Positions 32,223-47,200 of a stretch of DNA of 64,000 bases are shown here, piece by piece. The position numbers and the translations under genes were made by a program. The stretch comes from Ginglymostoma cirratum (taxonomy: Eukaryota), in assembly GCA_024137785.1 (NCBI GenBank), contig JAHRHZ010000002.1:15633978-15697977 (forward strand), given 5' to 3'. Positions within the stretch are counted from its first letter, which is position 1, and each line of letters opens with the position of its first letter. Below the pieces are notes generated by a model that worked only from the letters and a program-made list of their open reading frames with translations, was not told the origin of the DNA and ran no database searches.

Positions 32223-35200
32223 CTGAAGCCAAAGAACAGAAACAAAATCAGAAATTTATGAGCAGTTGCTTAGATAAGTCAAATAAATAAATAGACTAAT
32301 CCTAAATGGAAGAGGAGACGAACTATTAACAGAGAAACATCTCCGACATTTAATCTTGTAATTTTCAATTGTTTTTGAGAAGAGGTAATGTATTATGTAA
32401 TTACTTTTTCTCTGATAATATATTAGCTGTACTTAATTCTGAATAATCAGGAGTAACCTCAGGATTTTGTTCCCATATCTCCCTTGTACGAATTTGGTAC
32501 ATCTGACCTTATGACTCGCGTTTTAGAAACGTAGTCTGCACATTCACAATTAGCCTGTTTTTCACAGTTTTTTAAAAATTTGATTTTTTAAATGATTTTG
32601 CTTTAAAGGCTTTTTGTTTAAGACGTACATTAGGATGTTCTTTTGTATAAGTAGTCCTGGTAAACTGCCAAAGCCTGAAGTCATGTTGAAGTGTACAGAG
32701 GTGTGTTGAAATATTGGATGGAAGTGTGGATGAGTAACTTTTAAGTTTTAATTTCAATAGAGAGCAAGTCAGATGTGATTGAGGTGTGAAAGGTATAGCT
32801 AATTCAATATTGCCCTTTTAACATCTTTGACCAAAGGTACAATTTGTCCCATACACCCAGGCGAGGAAGGGTCACCGGACCAAAACGTTAACTTTTTTTT
32901 CTTCACAGATGCTGCCAGACCTGCCGAGCTTCTCTGGCAGCTTCTGTTTTTATAATTAACTTTTTGTTCGCTCTATTTCAACATATGAAATAGTAGAATT
33001 TCAGTAAACTGTAAGCATTGCAGACCATAATGAAGTGGAAAGATTTCTTCATGATCCATGCTCTACCTCCCAAGCAAATATGTCGGACAATACAGTAACA
33101 TTATGAAAAGGGGCAGGTTAGTGCTGACTCTTTGCTGTTTTATTGTGTGAAATAATCATAGTCTGATAACTTTAATGTGGCTCTTAGACCTGGCAGTTCT
33201 TCTCTATCATGAATAGAGACCTGGGGGAGTAGACAAAGTGCTACAACCAGGAAGTTCTAGCATATCTTTACTGTTGAGTGTAGCTGACAAGCAAAGGGAC
33301 AGCTCAAGCAATCCATCAAATTAGTTCTGTAGAAACTTGTGAGGTTCAACTTCATCTTATTTTGTGGAGCAAAGTGGGTGTTACCAAACCATCTGTCAGT
33401 TCTCTGCCCTGCTCAATATTCAGCTCTGCTGAAGCAGAGAGTGCAGAATATAGGATGGGTTGTACAACAGGTAGGCAACTCAATAATTTCCACTTTGATC
33501 CACACTGATTAGTTTTGATTAACTTGGTCATTGGGAGGCACTGTAGCTCAGTGGTTAGCACTGCTGCCTGGCAGGACTACGGACTCAAGTTTCATTCCAG
33601 CCTTAGGTGACTGTCTCTATGGAGTTTTCATTTTCTCCCTGCGTCTGCATGGGTTTCTGTTGGGTGCTTTGGTTTCCTCTCACAGTCCAAAAATATGCAG
33701 ATTGGGTAGATTGGCCATGCTATATTGTCTGTAGTGTCTAGAGGTATAGAATTGGTGGATTAGCCATGGTAAGTGTGGGTTACCTCGACAGGTTGGGGCT
33801 AAGTTTGGGCGGGATGCTTTTTATAGGGTCAGTGCAGACTCTTTCTACACTGTAGGGATTCTATGATTTTACTTATACACATTTTTTAATCCAAACTAAA
33901 ATTAGATGAGGTTTCCATAATTACTCAGTAAATTATTCTCTCTATTCCTGGATATAAGTAATACAGTGGTCTCTCTCAAGAGCCTTGTAGTAATTTCAAA
34001 TCTAAGAATATATGGAAAATTACAGGCAGTCTCTGTTATCACCTCGCTGATTTCTTTCAATAATCTACGTTACATGACTTCAGACCTGGTGAGTTATATG
34101 TTCAATTCCATTAGTTTTGTTCCAAAATCAAACCCTTTTCTGCACCCAGCTCCATCAATTTCTCCATATCGTCCCCTACAATATTTTTATTTATATTCCT
34201 ACCATCATTCTCACCATTCCTTCTGTTATCCTCGCCAGAAGATTGGTTTACATTTAAACAAGACTTGAAGAGGTAGGGGTTTTATAGCCAGGCTTTCACC
34301 TGTTCTTTTAATTTTCCTAAATCTTGAATCCATAATCTCTGCATCAGACATTGGAGTGCAGCTTAGTTTAGCTAAAGCTAACTGCTCAGTATTCACTGAC
34401 TGAACATTTATAGTCAGAGTGTGAGATTCTAAATGCAATTATTCTCAAGAATGGTAGGTAGATATTGATTAGGATATCAATTTGTGTGTTGTCATTGATA
34501 TGAAACTTAAGATCGTTGATACATATAGTATATATACTTGTATTTTTTTAATATTTATAACCTTATGCTTTTTTTAATGGCATCTTTCTATCTGTAAACA
34601 GTAATGGACAAACTACAAACAATCCATTCCAGATTTCTGAAGAAGGGTCCAGACCCGAAACGTCAGCTTCCCTGCTCCTCTGATGCTGCTTGGCCTGCTG
34701 TGCTCACCCAGCTCTACACCTTATTATCTCAGATTCTCCAGCACCTGCAGCTCCTACTATCTCTCCCATTCCAGATTAGATGTCTTTATATCGTGCACCT
34801 TTGCTGATGGTTGAACAGGCCAGTCCTTAAGAGGCAGGTTCTGCCACAAATGCCACACATGAAGCCACCAACTGTAATTTTGGGTTGCTTTTTGCAGTAG
34901 CTTCTGTTACTAAGCCAGGAAGTGCATGCTGGCCCAAAAGAGGCATTGCTCGTTTTCCTCTGTAATGACATATCAATGTTTTGGGCTTTCACGTCAAGCT
35001 CGCAAGGAATGTGTAAGCAAAGCCTTCCCCTATCATACAGCTGCTGGTCTGTGTTCCTGCCTCCTCTAGTAGCTCCATCAGCAATGACAACATACTCAAA
35101 CGACTAGACTTGTGCCTCATCACACACTTTGTCTTTAATGGTCCAGTATACAAACAGATCAATGGCTCACCCATGGGGTCACCCATCTCAGGACTCATTG

Positions 35201-38200
35201 CAGAGACAGTCATGCAAAGTCTGGAACACACTAACCTCTCCCATATCCAATCTAAATTGTGGATCCTGGACAACACATTTGCCATTATTAAACACAACAA
35301 ACTAGAAGAGATGCACCACCTCACCAACAATGTATTCACCAGGATTAGACTCACAAGAGAAAAAGAAAGCAACAATCACCATCTATTTCTGGACGTCAGA
35401 GTTGAACATATGACCAACGGGGAGTTCCAAACCTCAAGTACACAGGAAAGCAACACAGACTGACCAAATTCTCAACTTCCATAGCAACCACCCCAACGGC
35501 AACAAACAAAGTTGCATTAGGACACTATTTAAACGGGCCACCACTCACTGCAAAATGCCAGAACTACACAGGAAAGAGGAAGAGCACCTATACAAAATCT
35601 ACGCTATGAACAGATATCCCCACATATTCATCTGCAGATGCCTGCTAAACACACAACAGCAAGAGGACACCGTATGCTCTAACACACTGGCCACACTGCC
35701 CTATGTCAAGAACATATCAGAACTGACAACGAGACTCCTACGACCACTAGGAATCATGGTGGCACACAAGCCCACAGCGACTCTACGACAAACACTCACA
35801 AGGATTAAAGACCCCATTCCCACAAGATGCAGAACCAACGTAGTTTACAAAACACCATGCAACGACCTCCACAAACATTACATCAGACAGACAGGAAGGA
35901 AACTAGCATTCAGAATACATGAACATCAGCTAGCAGCAAAACGACATGACAAACTTTCCTTTATATCAGTACACTCGGACAATGAAGGCCATCAGTTTAA
36001 CTGGGACAACATAACCATAGCAGCCCAAGCCAAACATAGACATGCACAGAAATTCCTAGAGGCATGGTTCTCAACCCATAATGCAATCGACAAACATATA
36101 GAATTGGGCCCCATATACAAACCCATACAGAACAAAACAGGAAATGACACTACTCACTATAACAGACCGGACAGTATAAATTCCAAGTGGAGTAGAACAA
36201 CATCACTTCATCGGAGGCCTCACTGATGATGTTACCTAGCATGGTGACAAAACATCTGAACGAGAACAAGCCAGCTCGGCGAGCAAGTCAACAACCTCAC
36301 CCACAATCCGAGTTATAGATCTTTGCTAAAAGATCTTTGCTTAAATCAAAATCCTGTGTATGGCCACAATTCCTATTGTTGCGTGTACAACTTCAACATT
36401 TAACTTGAAGTTGACTATGTAAACATTCAGATTGGAAATGACGCATGTGAACTATTAAGTGGTTGTGTACTGTGAAGAACATAGAACTGATTAGTTCTGT
36501 CTGTCTGTCCCTACTCTGGTTACCTTGCATTCAGCAACTGACTAGAGGCGACATTACAGGGAACTTAAGTTATTTCAGGGGACTGGAAATAGTATTAATT
36601 GCGTTACTAAAAGTTCTGTGTACCATTAACATGTGGTAGAGCATTCTGATTTTCCGACCAGTGGAAACACAGGTGTCAGTTACATTGGCCTACATAAACC
36701 TCACCACCCTAACTTGTTAGCTCTTCCTGTCCAGAGAACAAGGCAGTTAATTCTTCAGTGTTTATGTAATGTACATCTCAGCTGCCATTGAGATAAGGTG
36801 GTTCCAGTTTTTAATCTTTATTTCCAGGTTTACCCTGACCTGAAGTTGACTGGAACTTCTCCCAAACTGAAAATTATAATGAACGAGTGAGAAGGATTTT
36901 AAGATGAGACCATCATTGCCAATTTTGTTGCAGGGGTGGAGGTCAGTTTGAACAGGATTTTTTTTAAATGCTCACACTCTGTAATGAAGCACAACAGGTC
37001 AGTTAAGCGGTCACTTGTGTTTCCTGTCAGTTATTTTCATGTTTTGATGTTAGTTGATACCTTCATATTGCACAGCATTGCCGGGTTTTGAGTAAATATT
37101 GAATGGGAATAAAAATTAAGACTTGGCACAACGTACCCTCAATACCAACTGGGACATATTACTGGAACATTTAATGTGGTGACTTAAGCGCTAAAGAATT
37201 AAACACCTTATGCTCTGGAAGGAAGGGCTAAGAAAATATTTGCCCACAAACATTAACCTGAACCTTAAAGTTCCATTTAACTGCAAGCTGGTTTTCTGTG
37301 GTCAAACAAAGAGTCAGAAGGATTTCACAAGCAAGTATAAAAAGGCACCTCACCATTGTGTAAAAAAAACTCAAACAATTAACCATATGCCAATTAGAAT
37401 TTTCTCACCTTTCAGCTATTATTATTTTGATTCTTTAGCCACAATATATAAAATTGAAGGTTCATTCTGTGACGGGCCTTTTTCTCAATAGCGACCTTTT
37501 GAGAAAGCTGAACTAGACAAGTGTCATGATTTCTATAGTCCCACCTGCAATAAGTAATAGCTGGAGATATAGGGGAGGATTGGTGAAGGATTTTGGTCTT
37601 GCTGATGTTGTGTAAGAGACCATCCTTTGTATACAGAGCTAAAGAAGTTGAGGGCAATCAGAGTCACTGACAGTATGTTATGCGTATAATAAGTTATGAA
37701 TGTGCTGAATGGTCACCTTAGTCTTAGTTCTCAGCCTTTTGAGATTGAAGATTTTCTTTTGAATCAAAACTCAATAATGACCTGTTGGAGAAGTTGGTTC
37801 TGAAGAACCTCCATGACCAGTCTTAGTCCTTTGCTAACATTTTATTATTTTTGTTTTTACTTTTTTATCAATTTTGAATTTTGTGTGCTAGAAATGACCC
37901 ATGGACTTTGGCACAGCTTGTGTTTAAAGGAAAAGAACAGGCCAATCAAGTTTTGTTTGTTTGTGAGGCCAGGCCAGGAGGCAGGATGAGCCTTCATTAA
38001 AAATGTTCTAATAGATTCGGGAACAACGGGAGGAGCATTGTTTTCAAACAGCTGGCAGAAGATGGCTATTGATGAGGTCAGTATTTGGGAATTGGTTCCA
38101 CCAAGTCTGGAAAGGACCCTATGTTCAAACGACAAATGACAATTGTCAAGCAAGGATTCAGAAAGAGTCAATCAGACAATCAGGATGGAACCAGAATTGA

Positions 38201-41200
38201 AGTTGTTTTTTTGAACTAAGTTTTCTGAAAGATGTCTTTTTGGTTGCTACTGATATAGCATGAAGATTTGAAAACTCCCTACTTATTCTGCTGCATCAGC
38301 GTCCAGAAGTCTAAAGAGTAGAAAGCTGAGTTAGCATTATTGTTGTCTTTGCCTGGGTGAACTGAGAAAGTGACCCTGATCAACTTTTCCAATAAGTAAC
38401 TGTAGACCCTACATTGTGAACTAATGCACTGAGAAAGCCATTGTGAAAGTAATCTGGCCAATTTTGTTATTTTCTTTCATTTATCCCTTAACTTTTTGTT
38501 TGACAATCCTTTGTGTGACTGGAGGCTGAAAACAAATGCTCCTGGTTTAAAGCACAGATATTAATCAGATTGTTGTGCTGTCTAATTTTCTCTCTGCTGA
38601 AGTTACTGTCTACTTAATGAATAGTTAAGTCTGGAAATTAATTATTCACAAAGTCTAGGATTGATTATTCAAAGTCTGGTTAGGATCATTGGAGTGACTA
38701 TTTGGGCATCTTTGACAGTTTAATTTTACTGTACTGTGAAGACAGAGGTTGTAAAGTGACTTGGTTCTACTGTCTGCCTCTGTGTTGTAACACCAGATTG
38801 AGGTAAATAGTGAAGGGGTGATGCAATGACACAGACTTGCTTTATTCCAAATACAAAAAGGTTGGGACGCCAGTCCATTGTAATGGATAGTTACTGCCGT
38901 ACTGTCATGCAGAAATCATGGGATAATAATATATTATGTTCAACATCCAGATCTCTGGTCAACTTTCTAAAGGGCTTTGCAGCTGAAAATGTAAAACTGG
39001 CGTCAATGGAAAACAGAGAAAAATTCCAACAGATGAAGCCATTTCTAGCAGATGTTTGCAGTTGTTGGTCGATCATCTCAGGTCCTCACTGCTACTCCTA
39101 GAGTTCCTCAGAGGTAGTGTCCTCAGCCCAACTATCTTTAGCTGCTTCATCAATGACCTTCCCTCCATCAAGGATGGAGATGCTTGCTCGTGATTGCACA
39201 ATGTTCAGTCATGTTCACAACTCCTTAGATACTGAAGCAGTCCATTTCCAAATGCAGCAAGACCTGGACAATATCCAGGTTTCAGCTGAGAGTTGGCAAA
39301 TAACAATCATGCCACAAAAGTGCTCGGCAAAGACCATCTCCAACAAGACAGAATCTAACTTTTGCCCATTGATATTCGATGGAGTTACCATCACTGTATT
39401 CCAAACTATTAACATTCTGCGGGTTACAACTGACTTGGAATTCTGCAGCATGTAACTCACCAAAACCTGAACACCTTCTAGAAGGCACAAGTCATGAGTG
39501 TGGTTCAATACTCCCCACTTGCCTGGACGTATTCAGCACCAACAACACTCAAGAAGCTTGATACCATTCAGGATAAAGTAGCTGCTCGAATGACACCACA
39601 TTCACTCCCTCCACCATCGGTACTTAGTGTGCAATATCTAAGATGCATAGCAGAAATTCATGACAGGTCCTTAGACAGAATTTTCCAAACCCATGACCGT
39701 TAGCATCTAGAAGGACAAGAGCAGCAAATATATTGAAACATTATTACCTCCAAGTTCCCTTCCAGCCACTCATCATCCTGACTTGGAAATATATCACAAT
39801 TTCTTTGGTGTTCTTGGACCAAAACCCTGGAACTCCCTCCCTAATGACATTTGGGTCTACCTACATAAGATGGAGTTCAGTATTTCAGAAGTAAGCTCTG
39901 CACCACTTTCTCAATGGTAACTAGGGACAGGCAATAAATGCTAGAATTATCCTAGCCAGCACATCCATATCCCATAAATAAATAAAAACAAATACTTTTT
40001 TTTAAAAGCTAAGCTCAGGATGATGCAAGTAGTTCCCAATAAGAACCTTCCATGCAATTGGTTATTCCTCTTGCAACGTAATTCTGGATTTTTCAGGAAA
40101 GGAAGTCTATTGAACACCAAGTAGTTTTATAATTGCACATTAAATGTAAATCTCCTGCATGAAGTACATCCCAAAAGGAAAGGCAAGTGTTATGGAAAAA
40201 TAAACACGCGATTGGCACTGGATAATAGAGCCAGTGCAGGCATGATGGGCCAAATAGCCTCCTTCCACACTGTAATAATTTTGTGAAAAAAACAATACTC
40301 TTACCTTTCCACAGAATATTTCACTTACCCAACCACTCTGACCAGTCTTTTGCTTTACTGTTTGTTTCTGAGTTCGATTACAACCTACAGGGGAAAAATC
40401 TCTTGTTAATTTTCCCTGGGGATTAGCCAATTGTTGCCCCCACAATACACTATTTTACATCAATACCTCCACGATAAAATGATCCTGCAGTTTAATAAAA
40501 GTCGGATTAATGTAGAAGTTGAAGATCTCATATTGCCATTTAATTTTCACAGGTCATTTATGTGACTGAATTTCATGGGTCTGCACTGAATGTGCATGTT
40601 AATTAAATTGTAAATTAGGATTTTCTCTTCTGAATGACCAAGATTAGTATCACAGACTATTGCTATTCAGTAAATATCTCTGTTTGCTTATTTTCTACCC
40701 CATTACAGTTGTTTTAATAAAGCTGTTTGGATGCTATTACACACCTCGACAGCAGGCAGGATTTGAAGCTGGGTGTCCTGGCTCAAAGGCTGGGGCACTA
40801 CCACTGTACCACAAGGATATAAAGCATTTCTTTCACTCAATCCCTTTAGAATTCCTGTCCTACCCCTCCATACAGCTGTACTGTAGAGCAATTTGGGTAA
40901 AAGACAACAAAAGGGTGGAAATGAAGTAAACAATACTACAAAAGCAAACAAGGAACAAAGAAAGACATCAATTTATTTCCATGTTACTGAACAGAACTTA
41001 CTTGGAACAGAGAAAAAAATTCCTTCATCAATTTTCCTGACTTACAGATGAGCATTTTCCATCAATGTTGCAATAATAAATGCAGAGTCAGCACGTGTCA
41101 GGGCACCTGAGACTGTCTCACAATATGACCACTTACCTCTTTGTGTTTTTACAGTGAAACACAAGAAGATCAAAATAACAACAAGGCTAGCATATCGAAT

Positions 41201-44200
41201 TTTGGCTTCAGCTCTTGGTGCTCGTTTTGTGTCTGTATCTGTGCATTAAGAAAAGATTTTGTCATTACACTGAAATAGCAGGAAAGCTCACTGTTGACTT
41301 TTTTTTTCATTCCAAGACATTCATTTGGGACAGGAAGAAGCTCTTGTGTCCTTCAGCTACATAAACATTTCCAATTCATTTCCACATCCTAGCTCACTGC
41401 CCTGACTGAATTAAATGAACTTTTTACACTGTTATTCAGAAAGATGATGATCGTAAGATTTTTTTGCTTAATGTAGCTTGTAACCTGTCCTACAAAGTAG
41501 CCTCCTATGGCTTCTGCAGAGATTACAATGTTTTGTAGACTTTAGACACTTAGGTTGGGTGTAAATATCAGATGAATAAATTGAACCGTTTACATAAATA
41601 TTAAGAAATGGGGGACATAGCGGGCTTTTGACCCTTTGGACTTGTTCTGCCAGTCACCAAGATCATGGCTGATCTTTGACTTATCTCCACTTCTCTCCAT
41701 TATCCCCATATCCTTTAACTCCATTCATACCCATCAATCCATTGACCTTGACACGGTGGTTCAGTGGTTAGCACTGCAGCCTCACAGTGCTAGGGACCCA
41801 GGTTTGATCCCAACCTCAGACAACTGTCTGTGTAGAGTTTGCACGTTCTCTCTGCATCTGACTGGGTTTCTGCTCGGTGCTCTGGTTTCCTCCCACAGTC
41901 CAAAGATGTGCAGGTTAGGTGGGTTGGCCATGCTAAATTGCCCCATAGTGTCCAGGGATGTGTCGGTTTGGTGCAATAGCCACAGAAAATGTAGAGTTAC
42001 AGGGATACAGAAGAGGGACAGATCTGGGTGGGATGCCCTTCAGAGGGCCAATATGCACTTGGGCCAAATGGCCTATTTCCACATTGTGCGGATTCTATGA
42101 TTCTCTGACTGGAACATATCCAATCACTTAGCATCCATAGATCTCTCTGTGGTTGAGAAATCCAGGAATTCATAACCTTTTAGACTTAAGACAAAGCTGT
42201 AGAAGTAGGCCATTCAGCCCACTGAGTCTGCTCCACCATTCAATGAAATTATGGCTGTTCAGATAATCCTCAAAACTAGTTTCCTGAAATATCCACATAA
42301 TCTTTTTTTCCCTTACTGATTAAAAATCTGTCTATGTCAGCCTTGAATACACTTAATGTACCAATGTCAATATATCTCTACAGATCTCCTCAAGTTAGTT
42401 AAAAAAAGATGAGTTTTACCCTGATTCTATGAAGTCAGCTCATTCTATCTTTGTCCTTTAACCCTTGACCTATAGGAGCATTGCACCTTTTTTAAACCTA
42501 TTTTTCCTTACCCATAATACGTCAACAAAGTTGGGTCATCTTGCCTTCCCTGTGTGTATATGTTTGAGATAAATAGGGATCTAGGTTATGTCTATGTAGT
42601 AGTTTAGATGGAAACTGGTACTGCTACTATTGTAAAAATATAATTTGTTTTCAATAAATGTATTATTTTTGAGTTTGTTGAACAAACCTGATGAAATCTC
42701 TTTTGCTATAGGTAATAGTAATGAACAGAAAAGAAAATGACAATTTGTGGTGATTAAAGAAAACTGTACACTTTCAGTACAGTGCATGGAGTAATGGGAC
42801 TTATTACCAGCACACTCTTCCTGTTACAGTCATAACTGTGTCCAAATAGTACAGGCATACATGTGGTACTATTAGACAGGCAATTCCAGGATTTTGACCC
42901 AATGAGTGAAGCAAATCAGGTTTTGATAGGAACCAACAATTGGTGGTTTTCCCATATGTCTGCCTTGTTCTTCTAAATGCTGGAGTTTTCAGGTTTGGAA
43001 GGAGGCTTGGTGCAGTGGTGCAGTCCATCTTGTAGATGATACACCCTACTGCCCATGGTGTGGCATGGTGGCTCAATGGTTAGCATTGCTGCCTCACAGT
43101 GCCAGGGACCCAGACTCGATTCCACCCTAGGGTGCCTGTCTGTGTGGAGTTTTCACACTCTCCCCTTGTCTGTGTGGGTTTCCTCTGGGTGCTGAAGTTT
43201 TCTCCTACAGTCCAAATATATCATGGATTGGCCAGGCTAAATTGCCCATTGTGGCTCGGGATAAGTGGATTAGCAATGGGAAATGCAAGGTTACAGGAAT
43301 GCTGTTCAGAGGTTCTGAATAGGGCTGAATAGCCTGTTTGCATGCTGTAGGGATTCCATGTACACAAATGGTGGAGGAATAGAATGTTTAAGGCACTAGA
43401 TGGGAGTTATCCCAGATGGCATCAACCTTCTTGAATGTTGTTGAAGCTGCACTCAGACTGTATATTCCTGACTTTTGTCTTGTAGACGATGGATTCTGAT
43501 GAGTCAGGAGGCAAGTTAACTGAATTCCCAGTGTGCTTACTCCGCATGGACTGCAGAAATTGAAAAAAACCACTCAATACCATCTTCTCAAGGACAACAG
43601 GATGGACAATAAATGCTGGCTGAGGCCAGTGTTGCCAGATGATCATATCGCATGTTTGGAAAGAAGATCACCAGTTTTGTTTGCCAAACTGTGGCTCCAT
43701 CTCAAATTACACATGATGGAAAGGGATCATTAGTCTGCTATGCCTTTTGGAAACATTTCAGAGTTTTCCACTCAATATTTCTTTCATTGCAAACATTTCT
43801 TTTTTTCCCAAAGTCAACAGTTATCAAAAACAAACCAAGGTGATAATATGACAAGAACAGCTGTTGAAGAATAGATTTCTAGATATTCCAATGTACTTAA
43901 TGGATATGTATTTCAATATATTTCTATCAAACCATCCTTTCACTAAAATTATCTTGCAACTCATTCAAAATCCAAATAAAAGTTCAAAAACACATTTTAT
44001 AACTGCTGATCAGAGCAAAGAAATTAAAAGTGAAGACATAACATTAGAAACACTTGAGGACTTAAAGTGGCACAGATTCAGTTCAACAATTTTCATTTGT
44101 GTTCTGTTGGGAGGAATGGTCAGCCATTGTCAGTATGGAAAAAAGAATAATATTAATGCTATTTAAAGCTTTATCAGCGAAACTAATGTGGTCCAGTTGC

Positions 44201-47200
44201 AAATTACTGAAATGGATCCATTAACTTACAAACCAACCTTGTTTCAATTTGTGGTCAATTTCAGATGGAAAGAGTTGCAAAACTGTTTCCTGTTTGCTGA
44301 AAGATACCCTTAAAACCTAATTGTAATGTTAGGCCACAGATTACACAATTTTAGTCTTGGTATCAGATATCAGAATTGCCACTGGTCTCTCCTGTAATTT
44401 TGTATTAAGCAAAGCATTTGAACATAGGACCAGGAGTAGGTTTTTCAGGCACTGGAGCCTGTTCTACCATTCAATTATGTTGGTCAGTTTTTCAACTTCA
44501 TTTACCCATCTTGGTCCCTAATAATACCCTGAGCGTACAAGAATGTATTTGTGTCCCTTAGGAACCTGTTCTGGGACCATATCCCTAAATGATTTGGACA
44601 TGGGAATCTGCAGTTTGTGGAGCATACCAAGTGGAGACATTGGTTTATTATGAAAGACCATGCCAAGATACAAAATGATATCCACAGATTTACAGAATTT
44701 GCACAGAAATGGAAAATTTTAAGTGTAAGGCATGGCTCTCCATTTTGGTTGAAAGAATAAGGAGATCATGTACTTAGAGTCATAGAGTCATTTGGAATGG
44801 AACAGACTCTTCAGACTATGTTCCTAAACTAAACTAGTCCCACCTGCCTGTGTTTGGCCTCTATCCCTCCAACCCTTTCCTATTCATGTACTCATCCAAA
44901 TGTCTTGTAAATGTTGTAACTACAACTGCACCACTTCCTACAGCAGCTCATTCTAGATACCATTCTCTTTGTAAAAAGTTGTTCCCATGTCCTTTTTAAA
45001 TCTTTCTCCTCTCATCTTAAAAATATGCGCCTAGTTTTGAACTCCTCCACCCCAGGGAAAAGACCTTTGCTGCTCACCTTATCTATGCCACTCATGTTTT
45101 TGTAAACCTCTGTAGAGTCACCCCTCAAGTTTCTGTGCTCCAATGAAAAATGTCCCACCTTATAATTCAAACCGTCCAGTTTCAGCAATAATCTGGTAAA
45201 TCTTTTCTGAACCCAGTCCAGTTTAATAATATCCTTCCTATAACAGGGTGATCAGAACTGCTCACAGTATTTCAAAGGATGCCTCACCAACGTCCTGTAC
45301 AACCCTAACATGACGTCCCAACTCTTATAGTCAACGATCTAAGCGATGAAGGCAAGTATGCCAAGTGTCTTCTTAAACGTCTTGCCTACTTGTTATATAA
45401 ATTTCAAAGAATTATGTACCCAAACCCTTAGGTCTCTCTGTTGTAAAGAACTTTTTGGGCAAACAACAGTTGAAGTGGAATAAAAAAGAAAAGGGATTGA
45501 GAAGACTAAAAACATCATTAAGGCCAGTAATAGTAGGAACTGCAGATGCTGGAGAATCTGAGATAACAAGGTGTAGAGCTGGATGAACACAGCAGGCTAA
45601 GCAGTATCAGAGGGGCAGGAAGGCTGATGTTTCAGGCCTAGACCTTCCTAGCTTAGCAAAGACTGAAAACTGCTAAACAAAACCTGGTGGGGTACATATC
45701 TAGAAGAATAGAATTCAAAATTAGAATGTTATGTCAGTGTACATAGATCGTTGCTTGCTCACATTCTGAAGACTGTGCAATGTGGTCTTCACTCTGCAAA
45801 CTATGAAAAAAACCCACCGGTGAAAGTGATCAAAAGATTTCCAGGACATTCTAATACGTTACAACTATTAGGAAAGACCAAGTAGATTCTATTCTCTATT
45901 CTCTAGAAAAGGGAAGACTCAGTTTTCACAGTGAAACAGAGGAAAGTAGAAGTAACAAGACTGACACATCAAATTTTGGCTGGGGCTGATTTCTTGTCTG
46001 TATATATGCAATGAGTAAAGCTTCATTCAATTTACCGACATAGTAAGAACAAACACCACCATTAATTGTTATAACAAGCATGGGGCTGGATGAACACAGC
46101 AGGTCAAGCAGCATCATNNNNNNNNNNNNNNNNNNNNNNNNNNNNNNNNNNNNNNNNNNNNNNNNNNNNNNNNNNNNNNNNNNNNNNNNNNNNNNNNNNN
46201 NNNNNNNNNNNNNNNNNNNNNNNNNNNNNNNNNNNNNNNNNNNNNNNNNNNNNNNNNNNNNNNNNNNNNNNNNNNNNNNNNNNNNNNNNNNNNNNNNNNN
46301 NNNNNNNNNNNNNNNNNNNNNNNNNNNNNNNNNNNNNNNNNNNNNNNNNNNNNNNNNNNNNNNNNNNNNNNNNNNNNNNNNNNNNNNNNNNNNNNNNNNN
46401 NNNNNNNNNNNNNNNNNNNNNNNNNNNNNNNNNNNNNNNNNNNNNNNNNNNNNNNNNNNNNNNNNNNNNNNNNNNNNNNNNNNNNNNNNNNNNNNNNNNN
46501 NNNNNNNNNNNNNNNNNATGATGCTGCTTGACCTGCTGTGTTCATCCAGCCCCATGCTTGTTATCTCGGATTCTCCAGCATCTGCAGTACCTTTTATCTC
46601 TGACACCATTAATTGTTATTCCACTACATTAATTTAACCTGAGAGTGTATTGATCTAGCAGAAACATATCCTTCATCAATGTGTTATTTATATTCGGTTT
46701 CTATATTCTAAATTGCTGTTATGATTGAATTAAAAGTTTTCAATTAATTATTTATACCTCTGTTACTAATAATAAATATAGAAGTCTTTATATTTTCCAT
46801 TTAATGTAGTTTTTAATCTTAAGTACTGGTTAAATAAATAAGCTGACTTAATCACAGCCTTCTCCGGATGATGCAGATTTCCTAAAATTCTGAAGGCCCT
46901 TAACCTTACGATTTTAACTTCATAGAATCATCAAATCTCCACAGTGTGGAAACAGGCCATTCAGCCCAACAAATCCACACCGCCCCTCTGAAGATCCTCC
47001 CACCCAGACCCATTGCCCTAATTTCCCCATGTCTAACCCATCTAACCTAAACATCTCTGGACACTAAGGGCAATTTAGCATGGCCAGTCCACCTACCTTG
47101 CACATCTTTGGGCTATGGGAGGAAACTGGAGCACCCAGAGGAAACCTACACAGATATTGGGAGAATGTGCAAACTCCACACAGTCGCCTGAGGCTGGGAT

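Noticed and set aside
40385-40484. Alternative acceptor at 40484 for gene B exon 4
   Set aside because: All three frames hit a stop within about 12 codons; the 40384 acceptor has a better pyrimidine tract and stays open.
45926-46637. ORFs composed mostly of X (also 23034-23743 and 58324-58661)
   Set aside because: Artefacts of translating N runs.
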